Shown here: in pieces, positions 19,573-20,000 of the stretch | Layout of the letters: each line of letters opens with the position of its first letter | Position numbering within the stretch: the first letter of the stretch is position 1 | NCBI GenBank assembly: GCA_013239625.1 | Contig: MU053396.1 | Coordinates: 48,432 to 68,431 of the forward strand | Direction of reading: 5' to 3' | DNA from: Lama guanicoe | Lineage: Eukaryota | Length of the DNA stretch: 20,000 bases | The notes under the pieces: model-generated | Databases searched by the model: none | What the model was told of the DNA's origin: nothing | The model's input: only the letters and a program-made list of their open reading frames with translations | Translations under genes and position numbers: made by a program

Positions 19573-20000
19573 TTAGGCCACACATCAAATGAAGCAGAGA
19601 TGGGAGGACCACCTTGGGAACTGAACAGAAAGACATGAAAAAGCTGAGGGAAGTGGACCTGCTAGCATATAATAAAACTGGAAAAATCCCAGGAGACTGT
19701 TTCAGAAAGGAAACTTTCTCAGGCAGTAAGGACTGAGCAAATGGGCAGAGTAGTAACTTCAGTGTGAAGAGTGTAACTTTCAGTGTGTCTGTCCTTTGTA
19801 GGCAGGGACTGACTCTAGGAGCTAATATTACAGCAGCAATGAGGATAATAGGGTCCCAGAAAGTTAGAGGACAGGTGACAACAGATAGAAACAAGGACTA
19901 AATCCCTAAATAAACTACAGTGTCAAAATGGAAGCAGCCGATTCAGACTAGAAGGGCTTTCTGGAAATGCTTAGTATATCCTAGTGTTTCTGGGGGCAAG

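Larger units (their letters stand above)
16250..20000 (+). repeat. Direct duplicate of 7718-11448 (provirus leader + 5' LTR + MHC-I exons 7-8 + downstream flank)
   Basis: Offset of 8532 bp, becoming 8553/8552 after a 21-bp and a 1-bp indel. Near-identical sequence and ORF track. Confidence 0.98.

Overview
Mammalian genomic DNA from an MHC class I region, probably a cetartiodactyl and possibly a camelid (inferred from the alpha3 motif [15 protein letters not shown] and the repeat content). A complete 8-exon MHC class I heavy-chain pseudogene lies on the + strand (~1218-9995). Its promoter and exons 1-3 are badly damaged, while exons 4-6 are essentially intact. A young, internally deleted class I (gamma-like) endogenous retrovirus is inserted antisense in intron 6 (3887-9239), with 410-bp LTRs ~98% identical, a 4-bp TSD GAGT, a tRNA-Thr(UGU) PBS and a PPT. 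Its coding remnants show a strongly biased G-to-A pattern suggestive of APOBEC3 editing. Upstream is a solo LTR with a 6-bp TSD. Downstream are old repeats (L1, an ERVL-type gag-pro-RT remnant, MaLR/LTR33-like and other LTRs). After a 662-N gap, 16250-20000 repeats 7718-11448: it is identical inside the provirus leader but ~1.6% divergent in the flank, so it is either a paralogous MHC duplicon or an allelic/assembly duplication.
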